64,000 bases of DNA from a virus (Duplodnaviria > Caudoviricetes): the IMG/VR virus record IMGVR_UViG_3300030061_004132, positions 29,724-93,723 of that record, one strand, 5' to 3'. Shown here in pieces: positions 20,290-30,190 of the stretch. The translations under genes and the position numbers were made by a program. A model generated the notes under the pieces. The model had not been told where the DNA came from. It ran no database searches and was given only the letters and a program-made list of their open reading frames with translations. The stretch's first letter is position 1. The number at the start of each line of letters is the position of its first letter.

Positions 20290-20607
20290 ATGAAACTATT
20301 AATTGAAAATTGGCAAAATTATCTCAATGAAGCCCACGGCTTAAACCAGAAAGATCTCGACTACGTTAAAAACTTTATTGATAAAACTGATGATAAAGAA
20401 TTAAAACGAATTTTAAATTTTATTGTTAAGTCCAATGTCCTAGTAGATAAGACCCAAGACGTAACCAAAATAAATAATAAAAAAAAAGTAGAGGATCTTG
20501 AGGAAAAGTGTCAAAAAGGATATAAAACACATGAGACTAGAAAAACAAAAAAAATGTTCGGCAAAACGTATCGCAATTGTGTTAAGGCAGAGGGTATAGA
20601 TGAATGA
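20290..20607 (+). CDS. tagged hypothetical protein
   Basis: MKLLIENWQNYLNE; CQKGYK...NCVK module. Confidence 0.7.
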   Translation: MKLLIENWQNYLNEAHGLNQKDLDYVKNFIDKTDDKELKRILNFIVKSNVLVDKTQDVTKINNKKKVEDLEEKCQKGYKTHETRKTKKMFGKTYRNCVKAEGIDE

Positions 20608-21041
20608 AACTACTATTTGAAAATTGGAAAAAATTTATAAATGAAGCAAAAGAATTGGTTTGCCCAAAAGCGACACAAGACCTTGAGCTTAATACAAAAA
20701 ATCGTAATGCTGCCATAAAGGCAGAACATATACAGTATGGCCCCTTAAACCTTTCCGATCAAGATTATTGGGTTAAAGCAGCAGAACATTGGAACACAAA
20801 ACCGGAAGTTGCAAAAAAATCTAGGTGTGGGAACTGCATTGCTTTTGATATCTCACCCAGGATGCTAGACTGCCTACCAGGGCCTGTTTCGGAGCCAATC
20901 GAAGATGCGGAGGGCAAACTTGGTTATTGTTGGATGCATCATTTTAAGTGCCATTCCGCCAGATCGTGTTATACTTGGGCTGGAGGAGGTCCCATAACAA
21001 AGGACTCAATATCAGCAGAGTGGCAAAACAAAAATCAGTAG
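20604..21041 (+). CDS. tagged Cys/His-rich metal-binding protein
   Basis: CGNC...GYCWMHHFKCHSARSC. Confidence 0.7.
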   Translation: MKLLFENWKKFINEAKELVCPKATQDLELNTKNRNAAIKAEHIQYGPLNLSDQDYWVKAAEHWNTKPEVAKKSRCGNCIAFDISPRMLDCLPGPVSEPIEDAEGKLGYCWMHHFKCHSARSCYTWAGGGPITKDSISAEWQNKNQ

Positions 21042-21050
21042 GAGGGGCAA

Positions 21051-21728
21051 ATGAAACTTTTAGTCGAAAACTGGCGTCAATATTTGAACGAAAACGAACA
21101 GCAGTTCCAGATATATTGCGATATGGACGGAGTTTTGGTAGACTTTATGAAGGCAGCCGTTGAAACAATTAACAATGATGTCGCTGACATGTCTATCCCA
21201 AGTCATAAGGAAACAGGCGGTATAACCACCCTCGGACGCGTGCGCCGAGCCCTTGAACAGGAGGGCAGAAGTTTTATTACAAGAGAGGATATTGAAACCA
21301 AAAAAAATCAGACAAAAGTGCAAAAAACGGCTAACTCGTACATGTATAGAAGGGTTGAGGACGACTTTGATTGGTGGGCTAAACTAGAATGGATGCCCGA
21401 TGGAAAAGAGTTGTGGGATCATATTAAAGTTCTTAATCCATATATTCTCACTTCTCCGATGAAACAAGAGGGCTCGCGAGAGGGCAAGAGAGCATGGGTT
21501 GCAAAAAATTTAAAATTGCCCAACGGTGGACAACCGGAGAAAGTAATTTTAAATTCAAAAAAATATTTGTACGCAAATGTTGGATCAACCAAAAACATTC
21601 TTATTGATGATATGACAAAAAATACAATTCCGTGGAATGAGGTAAGCAAGGACACAGGCAGTGTGGCGATACTTCATACCTCAACCGCAGATACAATAAG
21701 ACAGTTAGACAAGATCCTTAGAAAGTAA
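21051..21728 (+). CDS. tagged HAD 5'(3')-deoxyribonucleotidase-like protein
   Basis: YCDMDGVLVDF, ILTSP, ILIDD. Confidence 0.8.
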   Translation: MKLLVENWRQYLNENEQQFQIYCDMDGVLVDFMKAAVETINNDVADMSIPSHKETGGITTLGRVRRALEQEGRSFITREDIETKKNQTKVQKTANSYMYRRVEDDFDWWAKLEWMPDGKELWDHIKVLNPYILTSPMKQEGSREGKRAWVAKNLKLPNGGQPEKVILNSKKYLYANVGSTKNILIDDMTKNTIPWNEVSKDTGSVAILHTSTADTIRQLDKILRK

Positions 21729-21729
21729 A

Positions 21730-22212
21730 TTAAGCGTTCTTTTTCGCTTGTTTCGTCGCCGTAGCGTACATCACGCTTTCGGCGTCTTTGCCATATCTGT
21801 TCTTAAAATCTTTTTTATTTTTTTTCATGCCTTTGACGATTTTCTCTTTCTCTTTTTTCTCTGGTTTGGTCAACTCTCTTTCAGACAATTGTTGGCCTCT
21901 CATATGATTCATAACAGTCGATAAATAATCATGAGCTTTTGTAATTTTTGATTCTACCCACTCCTCTAAATCGCTTTCCTCGGCAATCATATCTTGGATC
22001 ATCAGACCAAGTTCAGAGATCCGACCCAACTGACTGCGAGCCATGGACCCCTCGCCGTGTTGTCCCTCGTCAAGAGCCTGTTCTATCTCTTCGCCAAACA
22101 TTTCACTGGCTTCTTCATTGGTTAGAACAACTTCTAAATCCTCTTTAATAAGGTAACTACGCCAACTATTAAACAGTGTTTGATTCTTTGTATACGAACT
22201 AAATTTGCTCAT
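21730..22212 (-). CDS. tagged hypothetical protein
   Basis: LFNSWRSYLIKE; EGSMARSQL...LEEWVESKITKA; VMYATATK. Confidence 0.65.
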   Translation of the reverse strand: MSKFSSYTKNQTLFNSWRSYLIKEDLEVVLTNEEASEMFGEEIEQALDEGQHGEGSMARSQLGRISELGLMIQDMIAEESDLEEWVESKITKAHDYLSTVMNHMRGQQLSERELTKPEKKEKEKIVKGMKKNKKDFKNRYGKDAESVMYATATKQAKKNA

Positions 22213-22514
22213 TAGATAATATCTCTCGGGCATTCTTTAGGCAAATAAGACTTTGGCCTTTCTTTATAAACTTCAAGGGATGGTTGTTTCCATTTTAAGT
22301 TAGGACAAACTCTCTCATGATATTTTTTATCTTTTAAATAAAACTCTAAACCCAAAACTCCATTTTTCAAACCCTTAACACCTTCTTCACATTTTTTAAC
22401 TTCCCCACCCGAGTCATTATCCGGTTCGTTAACGGTTTCTTCAGACCTGGCCTCGATAGGCTCGGGGACCTCAGGGGTGGACGATAATATCATGGAAAGA
22501 AACAAAGTATTCAT
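22212..22514 (-). CDS. hypothetical secreted protein
   Basis: ORF track; coupled to neighbours. Confidence 0.5.
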   Translation of the reverse strand: MNTLFLSMILSSTPEVPEPIEARSEETVNEPDNDSGGEVKKCEEGVKGLKNGVLGLEFYLKDKKYHERVCPNLKWKQPSLEVYKERPKSYLPKECPRDII

Positions 22515-22783
22515 TACTCGGCCACCAACTTTTCGATGCGAGTTAAAGTAGCTTTCATATATTCTATGTCTTTTTCAATAGAGATAATCGATCTAGAATT
22601 GTCCTCTGCTTCTTCAAATTTCTGCTCTAGGGTCACGATAGTATCCTCAGCATCAATAAGATCGTCACTGATCTGAGCTAGGGAAACATTTGTATTCCAG
22701 ACCCAGCCAAAAAGGGGCAATACAACTGTGCCTAAGACGACAGTGAACACTTTCCAGAGTTTGTCAATACTAGTATTAGACAT
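22514..22783 (-). CDS. membrane-anchored coiled-coil protein (holin/spanin-like)
   Basis: One TM plus coiled coil; late motif at 22792-22799 favours the start at 22783. Confidence 0.55.
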   Translation of the reverse strand: MSNTSIDKLWKVFTVVLGTVVLPLFGWVWNTNVSLAQISDDLIDAEDTIVTLEQKFEEAEDNSRSIISIEKDIEYMKATLTRIEKLVAE

Positions 22784-22880
22784 TCTGTTTATAATTAGTA
22801 CGTAAAAATTATAAGAAACTATTTTTTTCACCCCTCGAAGTTAAAGGTTGTAACTAGTTAATTATAGGGGGGGCGATGAA

Positions 22881-24173
22881 ATGATAGTATTTTTTACTTT
22901 CTTATTAAGTTGTGTGAGTGAGTATGATATAGGGAAAGAGCGAGATATACCAAGCGTTGTATTAGACAGCGTGCAACAGGACACGGGTCATCCACCCTTG
23001 GTTGTAGAGCCACCTAGCAACAACGTTGAACCGGATCCATTTGCTGAAATACATATTGAACCATACGATTATGATTTTGGTGAAGTTCATGTCAACTGCA
23101 AATATGAATATGATGTTACTGTTTCAAGTGTCGGAACTGCCCCGCTTATAATAGATAACATAACATATAACGCCACGCCAGAACTTTCACTGGTAACAGG
23201 GTATTCCTTACCTATAATAATTCCGCCCGGTGATAGCATCGTTCTGACTTTTGAGTTTAATGAGGTGGACACCATCCAAGACTCGGGGCATATGTACATT
23301 TATTCTAATGCCCTTGGTAAAACAACACAAAAAGTAACCAATAGTGGCATTGGGGCGGTTAGTGGCACATACACAGATGTGTTTAAACAGGTGGAGATAA
23401 GTAAAGCAGATATTTTATTTGTTATTGATAACTCTTGTTCGATGGGTGAAGAACAAGAAGACCTGGCTGCTGAGGCAGAGGATTTTATCAATACCCTCAT
23501 AACAAAGGGGACAGATTTTCAAATTGGGATTGTTACAACAGACAACTGGGTAGATGTTGTTGGTTTGATTACTCCGCTAAGCGCAGATCCAGTGGGCGAG
23601 TTCGCCGCAGGCGTTATGGTGGGAACAGGAGGAAACGCATTTGAGAAGGGACAAGAGTATGCTATGCAGGCATTGGATTTGGGCTCACTAAGCAGCAGTC
23701 GATACGGCCGAGAAGATGCAGCACTGTCTGTAGTTGTTGTTTCCGACGAGGACGATCAAAGTCCACTTACCGAGATCGAATATAACGATTATTTTTTCTC
23801 TATAAAAGACCCCGACTTATTTTTCTTTCACACAATTACCGGCACTGATATTTCATGTGTTTCTTCGGATGTTGGTTTAAGGTATATAACACAAAGTACC
23901 ATGACGGGCGGCAGTGTTTTAGACATCTGCGGATCATGGGGAAACAATTTAACTACAATAGCAAATTCAAATTATATTATTGAAGATATCTACCCTCTTA
24001 CAAAAACGGCTGTTAGGGGGACAGTTGAAGTTTTCCTCGATGGTACCCCCCTAAAGTCAGGATGGTATTATGACACTGGCTCTAACTCTGTTATCCTGGA
24101 AGACAAAAGTCTTGTTGTAGGAAACGAGTTATTTCAAATTATGTATGACTACTTAGACGACTGCCCCTACTGA
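22881..24173 (+). CDS. lipoprotein with Ig-like (ASH) and vWA domains
   Basis: Lipobox LLSC; DFGEV...GTAPLII; DILFVIDNSCSM MIDAS; VVSDEDD. Confidence 0.8.
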   Translation: MIVFFTFLLSCVSEYDIGKERDIPSVVLDSVQQDTGHPPLVVEPPSNNVEPDPFAEIHIEPYDYDFGEVHVNCKYEYDVTVSSVGTAPLIIDNITYNATPELSLVTGYSLPIIIPPGDSIVLTFEFNEVDTIQDSGHMYIYSNALGKTTQKVTNSGIGAVSGTYTDVFKQVEISKADILFVIDNSCSMGEEQEDLAAEAEDFINTLITKGTDFQIGIVTTDNWVDVVGLITPLSADPVGEFAAGVMVGTGGNAFEKGQEYAMQALDLGSLSSSRYGREDAALSVVVVSDEDDQSPLTEIEYNDYFFSIKDPDLFFFHTITGTDISCVSSDVGLRYITQSTMTGGSVLDICGSWGNNLTTIANSNYIIEDIYPLTKTAVRGTVEVFLDGTPLKSGWYYDTGSNSVILEDKSLVVGNELFQIMYDYLDDCPY

Positions 24174-24269
24174 TATAAAACTTCCGAATAACAGTTTTGT
24201 TACTAGTTATAGTACTTGCTTTTTAATGTAAATGTGTTATATTAAAAAGTTACCTGTGGGTATCACTAT

Positions 24270-25004
24270 ATGAAAAACATACTTGAAAATTGGGGTTCTT
24301 TCCTAACGGAGATGGCGTCGTATGCTAGAGTCAAGAAAAAAATAGACGATGAAAATATGGAGTTTGTGGCCATCTCGGCGTTCAGGGCATACCGCAGTAA
24401 TAAAGAAAATCTTAACCACGACAAACAAATGAAAATCTATTTATCAAATATGGGCTTTTCATATACAAAGACGTTAGGTGGTTACTCGGAGCCGATGGTG
24501 AACCCTGAAACCGGGGAACCCGTTGTAAGAACCGACCCGGAAACCGGAGAGGAAGAAGAATTAAAAACTGATGTGGTGGAGAAATCAATTATCATCACAA
24601 AAGAGCCAAGGCCAGATGTAGCTTCTCCCGAAGGTGCCCCTTCTCTATTTGAAGTAGGGATGATACTGAGCCAGGCTCACGATCAAGATTCTTTTATTCA
24701 TGGCGGCCCCAACACAATCACCAACCCTAAAACAGGTGAGAGTGAACAGACTATGTTTATCGCCGGCTACAGTCGTGAAGGTGATAGGATTAGGGAACCG
24801 TGGGCCGGACCCTGGTCTTCCTTTGAGGAGGCAACAAAGGACGATGTGTATTGGACAAAGGTTGCTGGTGTCAAAGGAAAGTTTGTGGAAGAGAATTATA
24901 AAGTAAAGTTAGCCGAGGCCAAGAAAATAAAAGTAGAGAGTGGATTCGATGCCCTCAAGAGAAAATATTATATCGATAGATATAAAGCAATACTAGGGAA
25001 CTAA
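24270..25004 (+). CDS. tagged hypothetical protein
   Basis: MKNILENWGSFLTE. Confidence 0.65.
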   Translation: MKNILENWGSFLTEMASYARVKKKIDDENMEFVAISAFRAYRSNKENLNHDKQMKIYLSNMGFSYTKTLGGYSEPMVNPETGEPVVRTDPETGEEEELKTDVVEKSIIITKEPRPDVASPEGAPSLFEVGMILSQAHDQDSFIHGGPNTITNPKTGESEQTMFIAGYSREGDRIREPWAGPWSSFEEATKDDVYWTKVAGVKGKFVEENYKVKLAEAKKIKVESGFDALKRKYYIDRYKAILGN

Positions 25005-25008
25005 AACA

Positions 25009-25638
25009 ATGAAGTTGATATTAGAGAATTGGAGAGAGTTTGTAAATAAGGAGCCCGAACGTTTAGACGAAGGCGTTATGGGTGGACTCGTAATACAGAA
25101 AATGATGGCCAAGGTTGATGATCTTATTCAATCTAACAACTTAAACGAAGTAGATAATATCATACCGTTACTCAAAAATCTAAGCCGTGAAACACAGCAC
25201 CAAATTATAAAAGCACTTGACGGGGTTTTGTATGGAGAGGTGCCGTCAGTCGAATTCGCCAACTGCGGTGCAGGAGAGGGAACCCCGTACTACGACCCTG
25301 CTCCAACATACGAACCACAACAGTCGCTTAGAGAGCGACCCCTGCGCTCCCCGACTCGGGTTGCCACTGATGTAACTTCAGTAAGGAATCTTGGGCGGGG
25401 TTCATCCACAGGAGCAGATACTGGGCCCACTTGGAAAGACTGCTATAACAAGGGTTTGGTTTTAAAAACCGGCCCAGACGGTAAAGGTTATTGCGGCGAA
25501 GAAGGAGAGGACCAATTGGGAGAAAACATTAGGGCAATGGTGGAAAAACTTAAGCGCTTAGGGCGCAGAGCAAAGGAAAAAATTATAAAGGGTCTCGATG
25601 GGTTTGTAGAATCAGAACTTGAGGGCTGCTCGGGCTGA
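25009..25638 (+). CDS. tagged hypothetical protein
   Basis: MKLILENWREFVNKE. Confidence 0.65.
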   Translation: MKLILENWREFVNKEPERLDEGVMGGLVIQKMMAKVDDLIQSNNLNEVDNIIPLLKNLSRETQHQIIKALDGVLYGEVPSVEFANCGAGEGTPYYDPAPTYEPQQSLRERPLRSPTRVATDVTSVRNLGRGSSTGADTGPTWKDCYNKGLVLKTGPDGKGYCGEEGEDQLGENIRAMVEKLKRLGRRAKEKIIKGLDGFVESELEGCSG

Positions 25639-25671
25639 CCCCCGTGCTCATTAAATAAAGGAATTAGAACA

Positions 25672-26271
25672 ATGAGGATACGCATCAGAGAAAGTAAGAA
25701 AATAGAAGAAGAGTTTGATTTAGGTTCTACGGCAACCTCTATCAGCAACATGTCTTCCGCCATACAGGCAATAAAAAATGGGGAATCATTCTCCTTTCCG
25801 GTTAACACCGAAACGCTCTCGAAATTTGAAGCTCTGACACCCCAGTCAGAATTTGGTGAGTCTGGCGATTTGACATCTGTGGATCCAAAATTAATTCTTG
25901 CTATCGGTGGAACGATCGCAGTCCTTATCTTGGTAGCATTCGCACTTAACTATGCTGTCAAATTAAAAGCAAAAGTCCCCGGAGGTGAGGGAGAAATTGT
26001 TTTTGAGCCGAGAAACGGCAATGAAGAGCCACTAGACGAGGGCGTGTTTGACTTTGTTTCTGATAAGGTTGACGACACCAAGGCCAAGATGAGAGCGCAG
26101 GCGAAGGCATCGCTAACGGAGTTCTTTAGAAATAGTGCGGACAGTTTGGCTGCTCAAATAATTCCTGGCGACAATATGCTAACCAGGCCGTTTGAAAGAA
26201 TGCTCGCGAACGCCATGAGAGAAAGGTCAGATGAGATGGCGGACTGTGTGCTAGACATCTCAGGCTTCTAA
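25672..26271 (+). CDS. hypothetical membrane protein
   Basis: One TM; SD AAGGA. Confidence 0.6.
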   Translation: MRIRIRESKKIEEEFDLGSTATSISNMSSAIQAIKNGESFSFPVNTETLSKFEALTPQSEFGESGDLTSVDPKLILAIGGTIAVLILVAFALNYAVKLKAKVPGGEGEIVFEPRNGNEEPLDEGVFDFVSDKVDDTKAKMRAQAKASLTEFFRNSADSLAAQIIPGDNMLTRPFERMLANAMRERSDEMADCVLDISGF

Positions 26272-26297
26272 AGCGCGAAGCGCCAAAATTTTTTTTC

Positions 26298-26603
26298 TTA
26301 CCGTTGGGCGTCGAGCTTAAGTTTGAGAACATTATTTTCTCGCTTCACATATTCAAGCTCGACCTTCATAGCGGAGATGTCTGTTTTGAGTAAGATGAGG
26401 GCAGCGGTTAAATTTTCCCTTTCCTTCTCTAGTTTATCCACACGCTTTATAAGGTCGTCCCTATAAGCAGTGCGGCTTAAGTTTTCTTCCTTACGACGTT
26501 CAGCACGTTGTTTCAGGACAGCCTCATAGAACTTCCAGCCTCCAGCAGACAGAAGCCCGCCTACGACACAAGTAACAATTGCAGTGATCGTTGCGTTATC
26601 CAT
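26298..26603 (-). CDS. TM plus coiled-coil protein (holin-like)
   Basis: N-terminal TM, GGWKFY, coiled coil. Confidence 0.55.
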   Translation of the reverse strand: MDNATITAIVTCVVGGLLSAGGWKFYEAVLKQRAERRKEENLSRTAYRDDLIKRVDKLEKERENLTAALILLKTDISAMKVELEYVKRENNVLKLKLDAQR

Positions 26604-27018
26604 TAACTTTTTTATGTACCGCCTCTTTTTTCATTTTAACATATATCCAAGACCAGAGAACAAAGTATACAAATGTGACTGTCAGGTTTTTAACGATGAC
26701 CATCTCAAAGACTAGCTCAGGGTCAGATAGGAGATCCACACAGTAGCGCATGGTAGAAAACACATGCAACATTAAGTATGTTGCAACAAAGCGAACACAC
26801 CACTCTATTTTGTTCAGTGTAAGCAGCGTCCCTAGACTAACAAATAGATATACCATATATAAATAGTAAGTCTCAGGCTGCCCTAGTTCAGTCCAGAAAG
26901 AAAGCTTGGTCCAAAGCACTTGGTTATTACAAAGATCGCTCACACTCCAAAAGAATAACAAGGGGTGGTAATCGTAATAAATGAGTATATCTTTGTACTT
27001 TGCTAATAATTTGCTCAC
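26596..27018 (-). CDS. multi-pass membrane protein
   Basis: 3-4 hydrophobic helices; late motif at 27026-27033. Confidence 0.55.
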   Translation of the reverse strand: MSKLLAKYKDILIYYDYHPLLFFWSVSDLCNNQVLWTKLSFWTELGQPETYYLYMVYLFVSLGTLLTLNKIEWCVRFVATYLMLHVFSTMRYCVDLLSDPELVFEMVIVKNLTVTFVYFVLWSWIYVKMKKEAVHKKVNG

Positions 27019-27050
27019 AGGTGGGTAAGTAGTTAGCTAAAAGCGCAGCT

Positions 27051-27383
27051 TCAAAAATATTTTTCCGCTAATCCTTCCGAAAGTAGAAGTTGGTTTATAT
27101 TTTTTTCGTCGATGTAAATCGTACCTATGCAACGACCATATTTACCCACACCATGGGATACCAACACAAATTCGCCTTCTGTTGCCCCTAGAAGGCTTTC
27201 AAGGCGTTGCTTGGTTGCAAGACCCCTAGACTTCTCTTCCAAGTCCTTGGTGCGTGTCTCAGGGGCATCTATGCCCTCCAATCGAATACGCTTCTTAACC
27301 CACACATCAAACCCCAAGTCAACCAAGGCATCAACGGTATCACCATCGACTACTCTGTCTAGCTTTGCTTTATACTCATACAT
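27051..27383 (-). CDS. thermonuclease (SNase-like) family protein
   Basis: RVVDGDT, RIRLEGIDAPE, GKYGR, INQLLLSEGLA. Confidence 0.9.
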   Translation of the reverse strand: MYEYKAKLDRVVDGDTVDALVDLGFDVWVKKRIRLEGIDAPETRTKDLEEKSRGLATKQRLESLLGATEGEFVLVSHGVGKYGRCIGTIYIDEKNINQLLLSEGLAEKYF

Positions 27384-27386
27384 ACT

Positions 27387-27665
27387 TTATTTATCACCCT
27401 TCATACGAAGCAGACGGTCCTCTGCATACTTCTCTCTAACCATGGCAAGACCGCCCTCAATCTTTTCGATTGCTTTTTGAAGCATATGCCTTTGCTCACG
27501 CATAGCTTCAACAATATTTTCCTGATGGTATTGAATACGTTCTTGAGCAATCCGCTCATCTTCCTTTTGATCTCTACGCTGCTGCCAATTCATAAAAAGA
27601 AGGGACGCAGTCCATAAACCAAGCGGCCCGTACTGCGCTAGGCCCTCTATAAGTGTCGTTTCCAT
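27387..27665 (-). CDS. holin-like small membrane protein
   Basis: LAQYGPLGLW TM plus coiled coil. Confidence 0.55.
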   Translation of the reverse strand: METTLIEGLAQYGPLGLWTASLLFMNWQQRRDQKEDERIAQERIQYHQENIVEAMREQRHMLQKAIEKIEGGLAMVREKYAEDRLLRMKGDK

Positions 27666-27696
27666 ACATAAGACCTCCTATATAACTAAATAGTTT

Positions 27697-27840
27697 TTAC
27701 CCTGCTGTATCGCCAAGAAAACCGGAGTCCGGAGATTGATCGACGGGAATCGTCGAAGCCGAATTCTCCAAGTCTACGGTTAGTGCCGGCGAATTGATAC
27801 AGGCAGATAAAACAAGTAGTAGAACTAAGGAGTATTGCAT
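27697..27840 (-). CDS. 47-aa putative lipoprotein (not in ORF track)
   Basis: MQYSLVLLLVLSAC lipobox. Confidence 0.5.
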   Translation of the reverse strand: MQYSLVLLLVLSACINSPALTVDLENSASTIPVDQSPDSGFLGDTAG

Positions 27841-27845
27841 TAAAC

Positions 27846-28343
27846 TTATTTCAAGCCCGCGCTTCTGCGATATTCGTCAGCCGTGGCATCAAGCTGTGGA
27901 TTTACTCGCACTATATACTGAACTTCCACTTTATCTTCGTCCCATACGTATCGTACTTTTCGAAGTTGGTCACTGGCTGTTCCGGTGGGCCACCCCGCGT
28001 CCATCAATTCCCTTCTTAGTTCGGTATGGATAAAGGGCATTGGTGGTGTATTGTGAGGCCAATCCTCAAGTCCAAGAACTATGGTCTTCCTGGCTTCCCC
28101 CACCTTCGTGGCAGGGTCGTAGCTAGCCCCGTCCGGGGGAAGTGGTGGGTCATTCGGTGGAACGGTCTCTGCGGGTTTTCTTTTTAGTTTACCCACAGCC
28201 TGCTTTATACCTTGCCCAACTTTCTGTGAAGTTCTTTTTATGTCTTGGCCAATCTTTTTGAATGGGCCATGCTCAGTCTCAGATAGTACAGCTTCTATCT
28301 CCTCTTTGATAATCTGCTCTAACTCAATTGATGTAAGTATCAT
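27846..28343 (-). CDS. hypothetical protein
   Basis: MILTSIELEQIIKEEIEAVLSE N-terminal helix. Confidence 0.6.
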   Translation of the reverse strand: MILTSIELEQIIKEEIEAVLSETEHGPFKKIGQDIKRTSQKVGQGIKQAVGKLKRKPAETVPPNDPPLPPDGASYDPATKVGEARKTIVLGLEDWPHNTPPMPFIHTELRRELMDAGWPTGTASDQLRKVRYVWDEDKVEVQYIVRVNPQLDATADEYRRSAGLK

Positions 28344-29554
28344 AATTTTTGTCCTTGTAAAAGTGGGTATAGATCACGTTCGATGAGTGCTATTTGTTCT
28401 CGTTCCAAAAGTCTCTTCAAGGGGAGCTTCTGAAACTGCACCAATAAGTAGTGGCCAAGTTCAGCCACGCCGTAAGTTTGGCCACTAAACCTTATGGTGG
28501 TGACACCACGCTCCAAAGCCCTCAGGAGTATAATAGCGCCTTTTGCTGGCACGTCCACACCTGGGAGTACAGACGCCGCGTTTAGAACTGCCTCCAACGG
28601 TTTACGCCGCTCTGTAGAGATGGCAGCATTGACCAGATCAAACGGCTCACCAATTCCAGGCGCAAACCCAAGCACACCAAGACTAAATTGCAGGGCATCC
28701 AAAGCACCTTCAGACCACGGGGTATGCCGTTTGGAAGAACGTTGACCCAATCTTCCCAAATCATCAACTTCATTTACGGGTGCTTTCATTGGCACATTCT
28801 TATTCAAGCCTGGATATCTCTTCCCGCTCGCGATTTTTTCTAGTTCTGGTGGAAGTCCGCCATAAGCAACACGCATCAGCGAGAAAGCAAACGAGTTGCT
28901 GTTCATGGCTGGACCATATGCTGTGGTTGGACCATACGGTACGTTGTTCTGGTAGCTACCGAACACTGCCCGCAACCTTTCATGGAATTGTTGTCCTGTC
29001 ATGCCCCCTGGTGGCTTTATTAAAACTCTTACGTCTGCGGTGCTGGGGTTATCCTTGCGCCAATTGACAATTTTCTCTAAGTTTTTCCAAGTTGTATCCT
29101 CAAGTGCTTGCTTCACTTGTGCATAAGCTTCCTTGGTGCCAATTCTTTTTGCGTTCTCTGTTGCTTTTTCCCAAACCTCGTCTGCTTCTTCATCTCTCCC
29201 AAAGTCTAATAAGCCAAAGCTCATGCCTCTGGGTGAGGCCATGCCTGCCCTAGCAAGATCTTTCCAATCTATGCGAAGTATTTTGTCTATTGCAACAGCC
29301 CCTGCTGTCTTGCCGCTGAGGTTTGTGACACCATCCGGCCCAAGAAGCATAACCCAAGCGTGATGCACTGGTGACCAATCCGGTCCCAATGCTCTAGACG
29401 CAAAGTAGACCTTGTAGTTCTCATCGTACTCTGCAAAGTCTGATCTTTGACCTCTGGTTGTGCTTTGCTCGTTTAGTATTTTTCTTTTTTCTTCAAATAC
29501 TTTGTCAAGCTCTTCACTAAGAATTTTTTCAATATCACTTTTCGTAACGATCAT
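28340..29554 (-). CDS. polymorphic-toxin-like protein (permuted papain-like H...NSN segment plus PT-TG-like segment)
   Basis: HHAWV...NSNSFA; LDALQFSLGVLGFAPGIGEPFDLVNAAI. Confidence 0.55.
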   Translation of the reverse strand: MIVTKSDIEKILSEELDKVFEEKRKILNEQSTTRGQRSDFAEYDENYKVYFASRALGPDWSPVHHAWVMLLGPDGVTNLSGKTAGAVAIDKILRIDWKDLARAGMASPRGMSFGLLDFGRDEEADEVWEKATENAKRIGTKEAYAQVKQALEDTTWKNLEKIVNWRKDNPSTADVRVLIKPPGGMTGQQFHERLRAVFGSYQNNVPYGPTTAYGPAMNSNSFAFSLMRVAYGGLPPELEKIASGKRYPGLNKNVPMKAPVNEVDDLGRLGQRSSKRHTPWSEGALDALQFSLGVLGFAPGIGEPFDLVNAAISTERRKPLEAVLNAASVLPGVDVPAKGAIILLRALERGVTTIRFSGQTYGVAELGHYLLVQFQKLPLKRLLEREQIALIERDLYPLLQGQKL

Positions 29555-29569
29555 GCTTTAATTAGTTTT

Positions 29570-30190
29570 TATATTTGCAAATCTCAAAATTTACTTTGGT
29601 GGTTTTTTGCCTTTCCATTTGTCAAGCATGTTTAATATTTTATTGCCTATCTTTTGTAACACCTTACGCATATTCTCACTCCTTTAATCTAGAAAATTTT
29701 TACCGCCGTTTTTTCTTGCCGAGACCAGTGAAACCTCCATTTTGTTTAATATCGCCCAGGGGGAGATAGAACTCACTTGGGGTAGTGGGGGGTAGTATAC
29801 TCTCGTGGGGTTAGTAAGAGCAACATACGCATTTCTAAATCTCCAAATTTTTTATGCGTACCGCTCGTGTACCAGGGGCTGGGCGCGGGTAGCGGGCTAG
29901 GGTAGCACTCACATTCCGGGGGGAGGGGGTAGTAGCTCCTCCCACTAACATTATAACACACTTGCCCTAGTAAGGCAAGCACAAACTTGTCAAGCTAAAA
30001 TAAAACGTATGTCAACTCCCCCTAGTAGCTATTGACAAAGGGGGAGTAAGGGGATAGTGAGCTGATCTGCTCCTACCCTCCTCTCGCACCCCATCTCTAC
30101 CCCATAGAAAACAATAAACTTTTTCTTGTTGCGGAGTGAAGGGGACCACTAGGGTCCACCCTCCCCCACTTCCTCCCACTTCTCCCCCTA
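29570..30190. other. non-coding boundary between late and early zones, with G-tract clusters
   Basis: No credible ORF; five G3+ runs at 29875-29902; minus-strand TTGCCT-N17-TATAAT at 29950-29978. Confidence 0.55.

Noticed and set aside
24159-24200. CPY-UGA at the end of the vWA lipoprotein as a CxxU site
   Set aside because: Only five codons follow, no SECIS-like hairpin is seen, and a terminal Cys is unremarkable for such proteins.
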